From Raillietiella orientalis (taxonomy: Eukaryota), in the NCBI GenBank assembly GCA_036172245.1, contig JAYWIR010000083.1:62001-126000 (forward strand): a DNA stretch of 64,000 nucleotides, read 5' to 3'. The notes under the pieces were generated by a model. That model saw nothing but the letters and a program-made list of their open reading frames with translations, was not told where the DNA came from and ran no database searches. Numbering within the stretch: the stretch's first letter is position 1; each line of letters begins with the position of its first letter. The translations under genes and the position numbers were made by a program. Below, one piece after another: positions 24,604 to 37,073 of this stretch.

Positions 24604-27600
24604 GTAAGAGGCGGAAGAACGGAGGGCCGCCACCGGCCCGCTTTCGGATCAGAAGGAGTGGAAGCGAACCCCCGCCTCCTCCCCCCTCCCTCTTGGGAAC
24701 TTGTCTGGGAAAGTCGCTTCCGAAGGGCAAGGAAAGCCTTCCAGTTCTCTTTCTTCCCATTTTCTTTTTCTTTTCTTTTTCAAGAAGCCAGCTTCCTCCC
24801 TTCCCAATTCCCTACTTTTTTTTTTTTTTTTTTTGCGTGTATGCGGCAGCCGTACTGGATCGGTCCCACTGATACGCTCGCAGGGAAAGACGCTCTGCTC
24901 CATTTCCTTCGTTTCCTAGCAACGATCGCAGCTCGTTCGAACGTAGTTTCCGGATTCGAAAGCCGATCGCCCCTGTAGCTGCTCGGGGATGGGCCGGGGG
25001 ATACGGCGCTCTTAGCCCGACTCTCCGCCGGGGTCGCCCCCGAGCTGCGTCGTTAGCGAAAGGCTATCTAAGGCGAAAGGCGCGTCTCCGTGCAACGTGG
25101 GGGTTCCCACGGATGGCAGACATTTACCTTTGCGCCGTCCCTCGTCCGAGCGAAAGCGGAGCGCTCCGCAACGGAGACCTCGCAAGCCATCTCGGGAATC
25201 AAAGGAACGCGCGTCGTCCACTCACGAGCGACAGCGTCTGCCGGAAGTGCGCGAAACTGCCGAGAGGGGGATCGGAGATTGGGGACGAGTGGGGGATGGG
25301 GGGGGGGGGGGGGAAGGAAAGAGGGGGATGCATCCTAGAGTGAGGAATCTTCGGACGAAGATCGAAAGCGTCCTTCGCTCTTGTCCTGCGTCGGCCAGCT
25401 CCCATTTCTTGCTGCAAGCGAAGAATCCGACAGCAATCGCTTTTATGAGGTCGTGGAGCACAGCGTGCCGCCGTTAGTGGAGCAGCTTCATCCATCTTTT
25501 GTTTTGGAAGCACCTTCTAGCAACCACCGGGGGGTGGAACTTATTTGCCAAGAGCCCCACTCCCCCCAAATGCAAGCTGCGTGACGGCCCACGAAGAACT
25601 CTTTCACCCGGTGGCCGCAGGGCAAACTGGGGGGAGATTGGCAACTTCCAAGAGAACATGGATGGCTAAACTTGTCAATGGGAGCTTTCCGAATTTACTT
25701 CCGGTGACCTTGAGGGGTTTTGAAAGTTCCTATGCAAGGTGTGTCCTTAAGAAATTCCCAAGACTCGCACTTGTGGAAATCGTTTTTGCTTCCCTTCTTC
25801 AGGCAAGCAAAAGACCAGGTTGAAGCAAAGGTTGTAGAGGTAGAACAACAGGAAAACAGAGGCGGGATTCGATTTTGTAGATAGAAAAAGCGAGGACATA
25901 TTTAAACCCATCCACAAGGAAACGGGGAATGGGATGCCTGCTCATTCTATAGCAGCGATAGCAACCAGCAATGTAGCATTCAAGCGGAACAGTTCGTTCC
26001 TTTTGCCTCATTCGGAGAACGGTTGTTGCCAAAGCACTTGGACGAAGGAACGGCCTTTGGGAAAAAAACCCTCAACTCTTCGTCCTCGAGAGAGCGTTCG
26101 GCATCTCATTTGGAAACGCCCTCGAGATAGGGGAGACCGAGTCCTTGGTGACTCGTGAGCTCGGGCACCCAGCAATTCTTTGCCGACTGCTGACTTTGTT
26201 CCAGCACTTCCCGGAGTCAGTGAGTGTATCACATTTGTTCGGCAATAAATCCTCAATGTATTCCAAGTTTCATGCTTTGTTTCATTCCTAGGACTCGGAT
26301 GAAGTGTGCTCGCGATTCAGCATCACGAATTTCGATCCCGAGCACAGTGAAGGGCTCCTGCAAGGACAGCAAGGTGGCCTTTGACCAAAGAAGCGTAGAT
26401 GACTCGCACGCTGTGCGAGGTATTCACCATTTTGCAGGAGAGCTCGCTCGGCGGGGAATTTTCCCTATCCCAGCGCATTCCGGGAAGGAGGAATGTACCA
26501 AAAAAAAAAAACATGTTTTCATTCTTCTGCCACCCAAAGTACGCATCCCCTTGATGGGAACAGAACACCTGGATCGCCGCATCTCGAAAAGCATTCACCA
26601 TTTCCGGTTCCATCCAAGCGCTACAGAGAGCTTCACTCGTCCTCGGCCTTCGTGTCCCCATGCCTGAAGAAAGTCTGCTCCATGGGGAAGAGGCAGCTTC
26701 ATTCGTCTCCTTCAAGAGATTCCATGCAGTCCGAAATGCGTTCCGGACAAAACGGACCATCATCCAGATCTATGTAATCGTGATCTTTCGAGGAGTTTCG
26801 AGGTTTCTTCTGGAAGCTGCGATCGCGTAGCGAAACTTCCGAAATCGGCTCAGTGGTTCCATCATCATCACGGTGTGTTCACTGAATGGGGATTTGGATG
26901 CCCGTTGAAATTATTTTGAATGGAAGTAGACCTTTGGAGTTCTCGTAAGAAACCTCGCTCCATCCGACCCGTTCTGCCTGAGGCATCATCGGTCTGCCTT
27001 CTTCGAACCTCTTCTACATCTTCCTGCGTCTCTTCGCTCCCATGCATGTGCTTTCGAATTCAAGCAACGCGCTCGATTCCCTCTGCAATTGCAATCTGAT
27101 GGGCAAACCCTTTGTCCCGGTCGGACTGGCGGAAGTTGCAGCAAGATTTGAAGTGGGAAAATTCGCGATCGAACCGATGGGAAGCTACACAGTGGAACTT
27201 GCCCTTCCAGGAACACGATTGCCTTTTTAGCAGCTTCAAACACTCCTCTGTCCTCAGCAGTCGCAGGCTCCTGTTTTGCTCCAGATAATTTGCAGAGCAC
27301 TTGGAAAATACAATAGCTCGCATCCGAAGCTGCTGTGAGTGCAGCATCTCTTCCTGAGAACGGGAGAATTTTTCTCCTCAACCCTTCTTGATTCCTGAAC
27401 GAATGTTGCGAAGCGAAGACGGCCGAGGCTTAAGAACAAGGGAGCTGCTTCTGACTGGAAATCATATTTTATGAGGTCTCATTTTGCGGATCTTCTTCTG
27501 GGGGGATTCCGTAACCGGGAAAAAGGAAAAAAATAAAAAAGAGCTTTCATTCATGGACCGAAAAATCCTCATCTGCATAAAAAAAAAGTGTCAGCGACAG

Positions 27601-30600
27601 AGTGAACGGTGTATCTTAGTAACTTATACACGCGCTCGGTCATGGCGATGCACTTTGCAAAGGAAGGATTTCGCGAGGAAGACAAAATGAAAAGAAAAGG
27701 AAAAAAAAAACACACACACACATCGAATACTTCTTTGCGGAAAAGCCTCTGGGAAATCCGAGGTCTGAAAGTCGACCACCAACGCGGCGATGGAGTCACG
27801 CCCCCGAAATTCAGGAGCATCGGGAGGTTCTGTTCTCTTCATATGCGTCCAGCAGGAATGCGTCCCTCGAGCGATTAGGGAATTCCCGCGAGCAAAAAAT
27901 TCGCCTCCTTCTGATGCACTGAGCGGTATCAGAAGAGGAAAACAAAAATGCACACGGCCCCATTCATTAGGTATTCGCGCTCTACTACCACTTCGTGCAA
28001 TCATCACAAGTCAGGGATGACCGATGCCGGCGTACTCCTGAAGGCCTCTGACGACCATGATCCCAGTTTTACCGATAAAATCCCATCACGTGTACGGCTG
28101 CTAATGACCTCATTTGCAGTCAACGGGGGGCCATTTCGAAAAATGACGGAACATTCGTACAAGGAAGAGCTAAATGATGAGGATCGTTCCAAAAGGATGC
28201 TTACCATTCTTGGTTTCGTGACCTCTATCACAGGTTGTAGACATTGCGAAAAAATGGCCGCAAGCCACAGATGGCCTGCGCCTCGAATTTGGCTTCCATG
28301 ACGCGGGGGCACTGCTATTGAACACTCTCTGTAAATAACATCTCGGAATAAGTGGACGGGTAACAAGGACGAGCACTGACTAATCCTAATTCATGTACAA
28401 CACTGGAATCATTCGTCATCAATAAACAAACACACACACACGAAATCAGTCTTACTCTACGATCAAAACCGTTTCCTTGTGACTACATTTCCCGACTTCC
28501 CACCGCTGTTATCTCGATGGTTCCAGGAATTCAGGGCGCGGTGCTTTGCCGTCAGTCGTGTGGCAAACGCGAAGCATGGAGGTTTCCTTGGAAACCGACT
28601 CTGAATGGACCCAGTCCTCAAAAGCTGCACGCGACTCCGTTCTTGTGCTTCCAAACTCACCTCTGGGAAGCAATGGAGAAATGGATATTACGGCTTTTTC
28701 CGAACGAACCATCGCCGTTACACAGTCACTGCCTAATTCGGCAGTTTTCATGAGGATTCCTCCCACTCCCGGAAAATGAAAAGGAAGCTGAAGAAATGTC
28801 GACGTCGGGTTGAATTTGAATTCGGTCTATTTGACTGCCACTTTGCGTGGTTCGATGTCGCCTCATTTTGCTTTCGAAAACAGCAGCGTCTGAACTGAGC
28901 AGTGGGAGAGCTTTCCGCAGTCGCCTCCGGTGGACCTCAGTTGTTTCGGAACTTCCTCTACAAGGCACAGTGAGTTCTCCTTGCCGTCAGAAAAAAAAAA
29001 AAGGCCGTCGAGAGTGCAAGGAAGTTCCTCTTTCTACGCTGGCCGCTGCCTCCTACTCTCGCCTTTCGAAGGTGCTGTGCTGCTATGCTCCGAGATGCAG
29101 AATCGGACGCTCATCTGTTTCTGTTTCCGACCCGAAGGAAGATCTGAAGCCTTCCACAGGACTGTTGAAAGGAGCGCCGCGGAGGAAGACCTCAGCAAAC
29201 GAGAGGAAGCGCAGCGCATCGGGAAAGAGCAGAGCACCAAATAGTGAATACCCGAACGAAGCAGTTGAAGAACGAAAAGGTAGAAAATGCGCTGAAATGT
29301 CGTCCGCGAAGGAAATGGCCGCGGGGTGCCTTAACAGCGCGGTGGGAAAAAGTTCTTTCCAGAAGTGCATTCTCTCTTGCGTGCCATCCTGCAGCTTCCC
29401 GGCGCAAGCCAAGCAAGTGCCACTTTCCGGAGATCCATAGTTACCCGGACCACCAGTTCCTTCATCCGTATGGAAGATTCTTTTCCTGCGGCCGAAGAGC
29501 CGGGTGGCAGCGGTCTGGGGTGGCGGGCACGAGCCGCCACGGCAGACGCAAGCGGCGGCTGCAGAGTCCCGATGTGATCTGTGAGGGAGCACATTTGTTC
29601 GTTAATCAGGAGTTCCCGAAGGATTTCTTCCTCCCTCGATCTGCATCCCAAATGCGGATTACGGTGGCATCGTGATTTGTGCCGCGGCATCCATTTGGAT
29701 CACGCAGCCGTCCTAACGAGTTACAGATCGCGATCGTGACGTCACCCCGCCGTTTCCCGGCGAAACTCTCGAGTTGGGGTTACTCCGAAGTCTCGCTGCC
29801 TTCTTTCAATCATGATTTGTGTCGAAACCCATGACTAACTCAGTAGCTTTTATGGTCATTCTATGGGGATACCCACGATGATTTATCACGATCGTTGGCT
29901 TATTCCGGCAGGCAGCAGGCACTCGAACAAAACGAAATTCCCGGAAACCTTTACCTAGAATGAACCAGGAAATTCCGGCATTGCTATTTTCGTCCATCCC
30001 AAAGCTCTTCGCGAGAAAAGCTCAGTTTGAGAGAATCGCGCATTCTCCGGATTGACGACTGTTCTGTTTTTCGTTTTGTTTTGTCTGCCTGTTTTTGGAG
30101 GGGGGGCGAGCGGGGGGATGGATGCTTGGATGCATCCGTGCCCACGTCCCTATGTTCCCTCCCGGTTATACGGATGGTCTCCTGTAGTTTTCCCGTTGAG
30201 AGTATCAGCTAGCAGTCATCTTCATTCCATATCCGCTCATTTGATTTCATCCTCATTAGAGAGTTTCATACGTCCTTGAGAATCTTTGGGAGGTTTGGCG
30301 TTCAGTCTCCTTGGGATGACGATTGGTTCACTGCTGGCGTTTCTGTATCCTGCCGAGGGAGATCAAAATGAGATCAGGGTGCATGAAAACGCGGATTTTA
30401 TTCAACGGTACTTTTGTTTTTGTTTTTTTTTTCCTTTCTTGCATTGCACATTCGCACTCACCGACTCGCGCTCGCATGGCAACTGCAGTCTCTCTATCTG
30501 CGAATATGAACAGTAAAGCCAGATGATACCTCTTTTTCCCGCTGAGGATTGCTGTCTCCTGGAAAATCAATATTGGATAGATCATCAAATTAGCACATGA

Positions 30601-31249
30601 ACGCAAATGCAAATGCGCGTAATGGGTTTCGTGACCTCCTGGTCCTCGCCGTTGGAACAGGCCGTTCTGTGCGGGCGACACCACGGAGGATGTGTCTCTC
30701 ACGCTGCCTCGTTCGATCTGATCTGCTTCTTTCCGGAGTCAGGCTCGCTGCTTCGCGAATTTCAATTTTCATCCTTCAGCGAGTTTGCCAGCCTGGCAAT
30801 TAACTACGCTTGTCATCCTGCAGCATCTGTAGCGCCGCTGACTTGGGAGGCGCTCGGTGCCCGCGCCGGGGGGGCCGTTCGACACCGTTTTGCCCGCGGG
30901 TCGGTCTTCGCTTTGATTCGCCAGACACGTGTTGGCGCCATTTTGCCTTTTGCAACAGTTATTCGGATCTTTCCGTTCCACGTCGGTGGAAAGGTGGACA
31001 CAATGCCTTTCTGCAATTCTCCTTCCGCTGCCGCTCTCTCGACCGAAGTGCCGCTGCTGATGGAAATGCGACATCAAAAATCGACATCGAAATTACCGCA
31101 ATCTTCCAGAGTCCGTAATATCCTTTTAATTTACGCAGATATCCCACAGCGTTCAGATCTGAATCTTCTTTAGCATCCCCTAGCCACTTCCTGAGCCGAT
31201 TGATCGAAATCTGCTGCACACTTCCGGGATTGCCTTTTAGGAAAGTCGC

Positions 31250-31600
31250 AACTCCCTGGCGACGCTCTCAGTCGAGTGAACTCTCTGGGAAAGCAGACTT
31301 CCTCGGAAAAGATCAGCTGACCAAAAACACACGCAACTGACCTTATAAGAGCCATTGGGCAAAGCAGAGGATGAAAGACATCGCATCTGTGCCCTGCGTG
31401 TGCCGTAGATACGCGCACTTCTGGAGCATCTTCCTTGGCGAAGTTTCCGTCTCGCTCGCAAGAGAGCTTCGGAAAGATGCCTCGGAGATATTTGAGAAGT
31501 ACTCTTCATCCGGCAGTACTCTGAGCCCATCCGCACCGGACACGCCCACATTCGCTAGCAACGCTGCGCGTAAGATGGTGTGTCACGCCCCCCACCCCCA
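31250..31600 (-). mobile_element. Short decayed L1/Tx1-like RT remnant
   Basis: GVSGADGL (K.PG.DG-like) followed by CPMALIRSV..VF (RPISL-like). Confidence 0.3.
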
Positions 31601-32232
31601 TCTCACCTCTGAATTAGATAATCAGATCTCCCGTGCCCACTTGCGAATATTAGCGTATCTCTGGCAGAACCTTGCCGGAGCGTATTCCCTGATCCCGAAT
31701 CGGAGAGTGGAGGCGCGGAGCTGCATTTTCTGGAATTTATTCGGACAGTGGGCCCATTAACATCCACCGTTCTGATCCCAATGTGCTACATTGCATAGTG
31801 GAATGTCTTGATTTAGTATTCATAAATGCTGATAACATGAATCCACAAGAAGCAGTTTCTTTCAGGTCGACCGACTGTTAACAGGAAGACTTGCGTTTTC
31901 GCAGGTGCTCGTTCCCTTTTTTTTGCTGATCGGAAACTATCCCACCCGCCTCCCAGCTTTCCCTTTGATTGCTCATTCCCATTTTAATGAACGCCAACGA
32001 GTGTGGCACCTTGCACGAGGCGCGATTGAGTGCATGGCGTTGGGGCGATGCTTCCTCTGGAAGCTCAGGAGCGCACTAAAACACACACACACAGCACAGT
32101 GTCTCGAGCACTCTGGTCCCCATTCGAACACACAAAAAGAAAAACGGATAATTCCGTTGATGCCTTCAGCTCGAAAGAGCTTCCGACGACCGCCACCGTC
32201 GGTCCGTCTGAAAAGGTTGTTCTGCTTTCCAG

Positions 32233-32517
32233 AAGCCTTCGCAGAAATTTTGGGCGAAAGCGAGAAGTACGTCCGTCTTGGAAGCAAACTCATCCTGAAA
32301 TGCATCGTCAGGAACGCTCAGATCCCTTCGCCTTACTTCTTGTGGTATCACAACGACACCCTCATCAACTACAGATCCACTTTTGACATAAGGACCAACC
32401 ATGAGAACACCTCGAGCACCCTGGAAATACACAGCGTGTCCAAAGGAAACTCCGGGAAATACACCTGCGAGCCTGTGTTAGTCAAATCCACCGCCATCTT
32501 TGTTCAGATCATTAACG
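32233..32517 (+). CDS. dpr: Dpr-family protein, exon D (complete Ig2)
   Basis: ctttccag acceptor, gtgagt donor. Encodes (E)AFAEILGESEKYVRLGSKLILKCIV...FLWYHNDTLINY...STLEI...NSGKYTCEP...IFVQIIN. Confidence 0.95.
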
Positions 32518-33351
32518 GTGAGTACGATTCGCTCCGACGTGCCTCGCTGCTCTTCGCTTCTTGCGCGCGCCACCGTTGCGGCCATCCGTGCCGCGTCCAC
32601 TTCGGAGTTCTGGTTGAAGTCCCTCGCACCCAGCCGGCAGGCATCTTCCGCGAGATGCAGTGCCTCCAGCACGTCTCTCCGCGGCTTTGCCTTGAAATCT
32701 TTGCCTGCTCGCCGGAAACTGAGCTCCCTTAGTCCCTTGGCTCCGGAGCCTCCCAGGCGCCGCCCGTCTGCGTTTCCGTCCGCCCGAGTCCCTGTCCACG
32801 TCGGAAAGTGTTACCTCCGGTCCAGCTGGCCGCCTGATCCCGCGATCTCGTGTCGTCAGCTTCCGAATGCCGTTTTGCTTCTCTGCCTGCGAGACTGAGC
32901 TTCGCGAGAGAGCTCCGAGGGCGTGCCACCAGATGGAAAGAGAGTTCCCTCCATCTCATAGGGAGATGTTTCTTTCGCAGCTACAGGTTCCAGTCCTCAT
33001 GCGATTTTTCTGATGTTTTCCGGTGTCATCTGCTCCGCAGCGCGTAACGTTGCAGCATTTGCAACATTTTCCCTCGTTGGAAACAATCCCATCTGGAGTG
33101 TCCGTCGGGCAGTTCGAAGCAAAAGAGTCTGTGAGATATTCTTCCGGTTTCCGAGGGTTCTTCACGCTTCCGTTCTTGTGCGCCGAACCGAAGACAGCTG
33201 CACTTAGAGGGAGCGCTCCAAAGACATGCTCAGTTACCGTTGCCTTTCTGTGCTCCTGAAGATTAGTGGGTCGGCAGATTGTGCCAGCCATTTGAGGTAA
33301 TCCGTCTAAAAAAGCAAAGGCGCCAACGTCGGGATGAGTTTTCGCCCTATT

Positions 33352-33492
33352 GAAACCTCTGGATGTTTCCCATGAAGATGGGCGAAAAGGGACGCAAAGA
33401 GGAACGCTTCTCAGCGTCTGGGATTCGCTCCTTATTCTTTTGCCGCCGATTCGCACGGCGGCTCCTCCGCGATTTCTGCGCACATCAGGAAC
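33352..33492 (+). repeat. ~140-bp direct repeat, left copy (partner 34849-34989)
   Basis: gaaacctctggatgttt..catgaagatggg...tctgggattcgctccttattctttt...ggcggctcctcc...catcagg occurs at both sites; roughly 80% identical by eye. Confidence 0.9.
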
Positions 33493-33494
33493 AA

Positions 33495-34800
33495 GTGGAT
33501 TACCTATTCACCCACGCGGCTCGGCTGAAGGTGCTACCAGTCAGGGCCGGGTCCCGGATGAGACCAGAAGAACACGCGTGTAGGCGCTGCCGGACAGGAG
33601 ACGAAACGTTGCCTCACATATTAAGCAGATGCAGGAGACACTTTCATCTGTTCATTGCCTGTGAAGAGGGCAGTGCAGTCAAGAGACACTAAACGAGGTT
33701 GTCCAGAAGAGAATTCTCGAAAAGCCAACAGATGAGGACCCTGGGGACTTCATGACGGACACCTCCACCGGAGAATTCGAGCAGCCAAGCAGGGAAGTCG
33801 AGAGCCTGTGGTCCAGAGGAAGAATGGTCTCGAGAAGAACAAACCCCTCCGGTGGAAATTTGCAGACGGAGTCATAACGGTTGACGGCGTCACCTCCAGC
33901 AGCAGCATGAACAGGAAGGTTGCCTCCGGCATGAGAGCTCTGCAAAGGGAACACGCATGGCAACCCCTCGTTCAAGAGCACCTCAGTCAAGAGAGAGACA
34001 TGCAGTGCGTGGACGTGCAGCGCACCTCAAGCTTCTTCCTTACCAATGGTGACCACCTGGGATTCCAGGATCATAGATCCACCCACCCACGCAGCTCGGC
34101 TAAAGGTGCTACCAGTCAGGGCCGATCCCAAAATGCAGTCAGAGGAACGCGCATGTTGGCGCTGCATGGGGGAAGATGAAACGTTGCCTCACATATTAAA
34201 CAGATGCAGGAGGCGCTTTCATTTGTCCACTGCGCTACACGAACGGCGATTCAAGAGATGATCATCAAGGCCGCTGTCGATGAATCAAAGTGGATTATGG
34301 TGTCCACTAACCAGAGAGAGCTAGGAACGAACTCCCTCTTAAAACCGGACTTTGTGAGGCAGAAAGGGAAAAGGAAACGTCTGCTGTCCGCACCAGGTTG
34401 GAAGAGGTGCATTCAGCGCAGCTAGGAGCGGAGAACAGGAAGAGTACAGGGAAGTAACCCTCCAGCTAGGCAGAGAGGAGAGGCAGTGCAGGGTTCGTGC
34501 TTTCACCATTGGCTCTCTGGGAACCTGGGATCCAGGCAACGAGGAAGTGCTCCAGGATCTGGGAATTCTTGAAAAGCAGTTTGGCTGGCGATGAGGCACC
34601 AGATGGTGGCTTCGTGCATCCGGTACTCCGGCGACATCTACGCAGCTCAAGTCACACGGGGGGCCGAAGAACGGATGCAGCCGGAGAACTCCAGCGGTCA
34701 GCTCTCGCGAGACGAAGAGCAGGAAATCGAGGAAGCGACAGACTGAGAGGCGACGATCGCTTCAGGCGAACAGAGGAGGAATTCCAGAAGAATGCCGATT
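33495..34800 (+). mobile_element. Utopia/NeSL-like REL non-LTR retrotransposon relic: extra zinc-finger fragment (33495-33655) then a longer 3' fragment
   Basis: THAARLKVLPV...CRRCRTGDETLPHILSRC, then EVVQKRILEKPTDED..FM....GEF....ESLWSRGR, SSFFLTNGDHLGFQD, CWRCMGEDETLPHILNRC, LKPDF, IGSLGTWDPGNEEVLQDLG, IRYSGDIY. Homologous to 19220-20200. Confidence 0.85.
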
Positions 34801-34848
34801 CCCCTCCCCCCCCATATGATGTTATCTAACTGTAAATCGGAACAATAA

Positions 34849-34989
34849 GAAACCTCTGGATGTTTTTCATGAAGATGGGTGAAAAGGACACATGGAAGAA
34901 CAGTTCGCAGCATCTGGGATTCGCTCCTTATTCTTTTACCGCTGATTTACATGGCGGCTCCTCCAGGATTCCTGCGTGCATCAGGGAAC
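34849..34989 (+). repeat. ~140-bp direct repeat, right copy
   Basis: See 33352-33492. Confidence 0.9.
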
Positions 34990-36968
34990 TCAATTTCATC
35001 GCCGCTGTCGCACGCAGACATCCTCGAACTTGTCGTAGACTCGATCTCGGCTTCTTCCTTCTGCCCAGATCGTCACGAGGCAGTTGAGCCTAGAGGCGAC
35101 GTCCAAGATATGACCTCAAGAACACTCCCGGACCGTTCTGGAAAGCCGCAGCACTGATCAGCGTTTTTGCCGCAGATGAGGAATCCTCGTTTTTAGGGGG
35201 TCCTGATTAATCGAACATCTTGGAACGAAAGGAGGCCCGGTACTTGCAGTTACTCCTGATGATCCATTACCCTTTGCAGGGAAGAGTCGATTCTCTTGCC
35301 CTTCATTCTGAGAATGATCGAAAGCATCCCTAATGATCTCGCGCTCCCCGGTGTGAAACCCGTGAGAACTCGTTAATCCTGATGGAAATGGTCTTCGGCT
35401 ACGGAGTTCTCATGCATCTGGTGGCTTTCAAGGGTGGACTGCGCTTTCCAGGTTGAGTGCTTCAGAAAAGACGAATGGGACTCTTATCGGAGGAGTAAGG
35501 TCACTCCATCGGATTGCTCCATATGCTGGAAACACCCATCTCTCGCTGCTACAGGTGGCAGTGTGAGCAGGGAGGAGGGCTCTCCGCTACCCTCGAACGA
35601 CTCGAGGCTGCAGGGGAGTTGGAAATGCTAGCGAACTGCTGCAACTTAAAATTTCCGTCCAGTGCTCAGTCTTCTTCCACTTTTTTCCTTCTCTTTCATC
35701 TTCCCCATCCTCTTCCTTCCTGAGATAGCAAGCTGAGATAAGACAGAACTGAAATCCTCACCGAGGAAGAATGAAGAAGAGACTGATTTCCAGATGCCCA
35801 GCAGCCTTCGAACAAGGACTGAAAGCTCTCTCCGTAATGGAGAACGGCATTTTCATCTGCAGCTGGAAACATCCAAACTTTTGTAATGATGAATCTTTAC
35901 TGCAAATTCTGGAATACGCCTTCCCCCCGCCTCCCCGGAAGCAATCAGATGCTTTCGGAGAGTACTTGAATCCTAGAGAAAAATGTTCTCTCTCAAAGGA
36001 TGTGGCTTCAAGCAAAGGAGCATCCGCTTCAAAACACTCAAACGCAAACTGCGAGCATTTTTTAGCACCGGAAAAGCCAAACCGAAAAAAACGCGCACAC
36101 ACATTGGGAGGCAGGCAATCTGCATGCAAGTGCGTGCACATGGACCACTCCCATCGATTGCAACTTGCGAATCCCTGTGCGGTAAACAAATGGAAGCAAA
36201 GTTCGGAAGGAAACAGCTGCTCGGTCAATACCGATGGAGACGCGGGAGCAAAGGGTGAAGTTCGGTGAGGCTCACTGGGAATCACTTTCCGTGTGACCTC
36301 ACTTGGAGATTTTATCGGATTTGGTGCGGAAAAAAACAGAGGGCAGTCTGGCAGATGTGCGAGGTCCAGGGAACGCACAAAGTGCTATTTCAAACATCAT
36401 CAGTCACACTGCCTGTCGTTGAAACGACACTACTAAAATTCGAAATAGTGTATCCGTCTTGTCGTTTCTTTACGGTTCTGATTCCGTGTTTGAAGCACAA
36501 ACAGTGGTGTTCACCAAGAGGGAAGACAGCGACGTGATAAGCGACCGTTCCTACGTGTGGAAGAACTTTGCAAGTCGCCGGCACGTTACAGCTCTGGTAA
36601 AATGTCCGAGTCCGCTAGGCATGACAAATACTGATGGCAGGGGGGGGGGAGGTCAGCCAATGAAAGTCATCGTCCCAGAATCACCTTCTCACCGATGCGT
36701 CATCGTGCGTTCCCTCTCCAGCAAAGCTTCGCTCCATTCTTTTTGTGAAGCACTTCCATCTTGGCCAAGAGGCCGAGAAGCGAACATGCAGTTTGCTTCA
36801 AGAACTGAACTGCCACGCCACTCTTCCTTGGAAATCTGGCTACCCGTGGTCCATCCGAGTCCAGCTCTTCCGAGCTTCCCGGGGGAGCTTTCCACGATGA
36901 GTGGCGCAATTCCGGCGTGATTGATACACGAGGAAGCATCCGTGCCAAGGAGGACGTCAGCGACGCCG

Positions 36969-37073
36969 CGCGGTCTCCACACAGTGACTCGCTGAGGGCG
37001 CCAGGCGACGCTTTGGTCGCGGTCTCCACACAGTGACTCGCTGAGGGCGCCAGGCGACGCTTTGGTCGCGGTC
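36969..37073. repeat. Tandem duplication, 49-bp unit x2
   Basis: cgcggtctccacacagtgactcgctgagggcgccaggcgacgctttggt at 36969 and 37018. Confidence 0.95.

Noticed and set aside
27050..27300. Zinc-knuckle-like traces of LINE ORF1 (similar hints near 4.75, 7.0, 29.4 and 38.46 kb)
   Set aside because: Too short and degenerate to call reliably by eye.
31905..32732. The 275-aa ORF as a stand-alone gene
   Set aside because: Only 32233-32517 is Ig-like and bounded by splice sites; the rest is intron read-through. The same applies to ORF 24312-24872.
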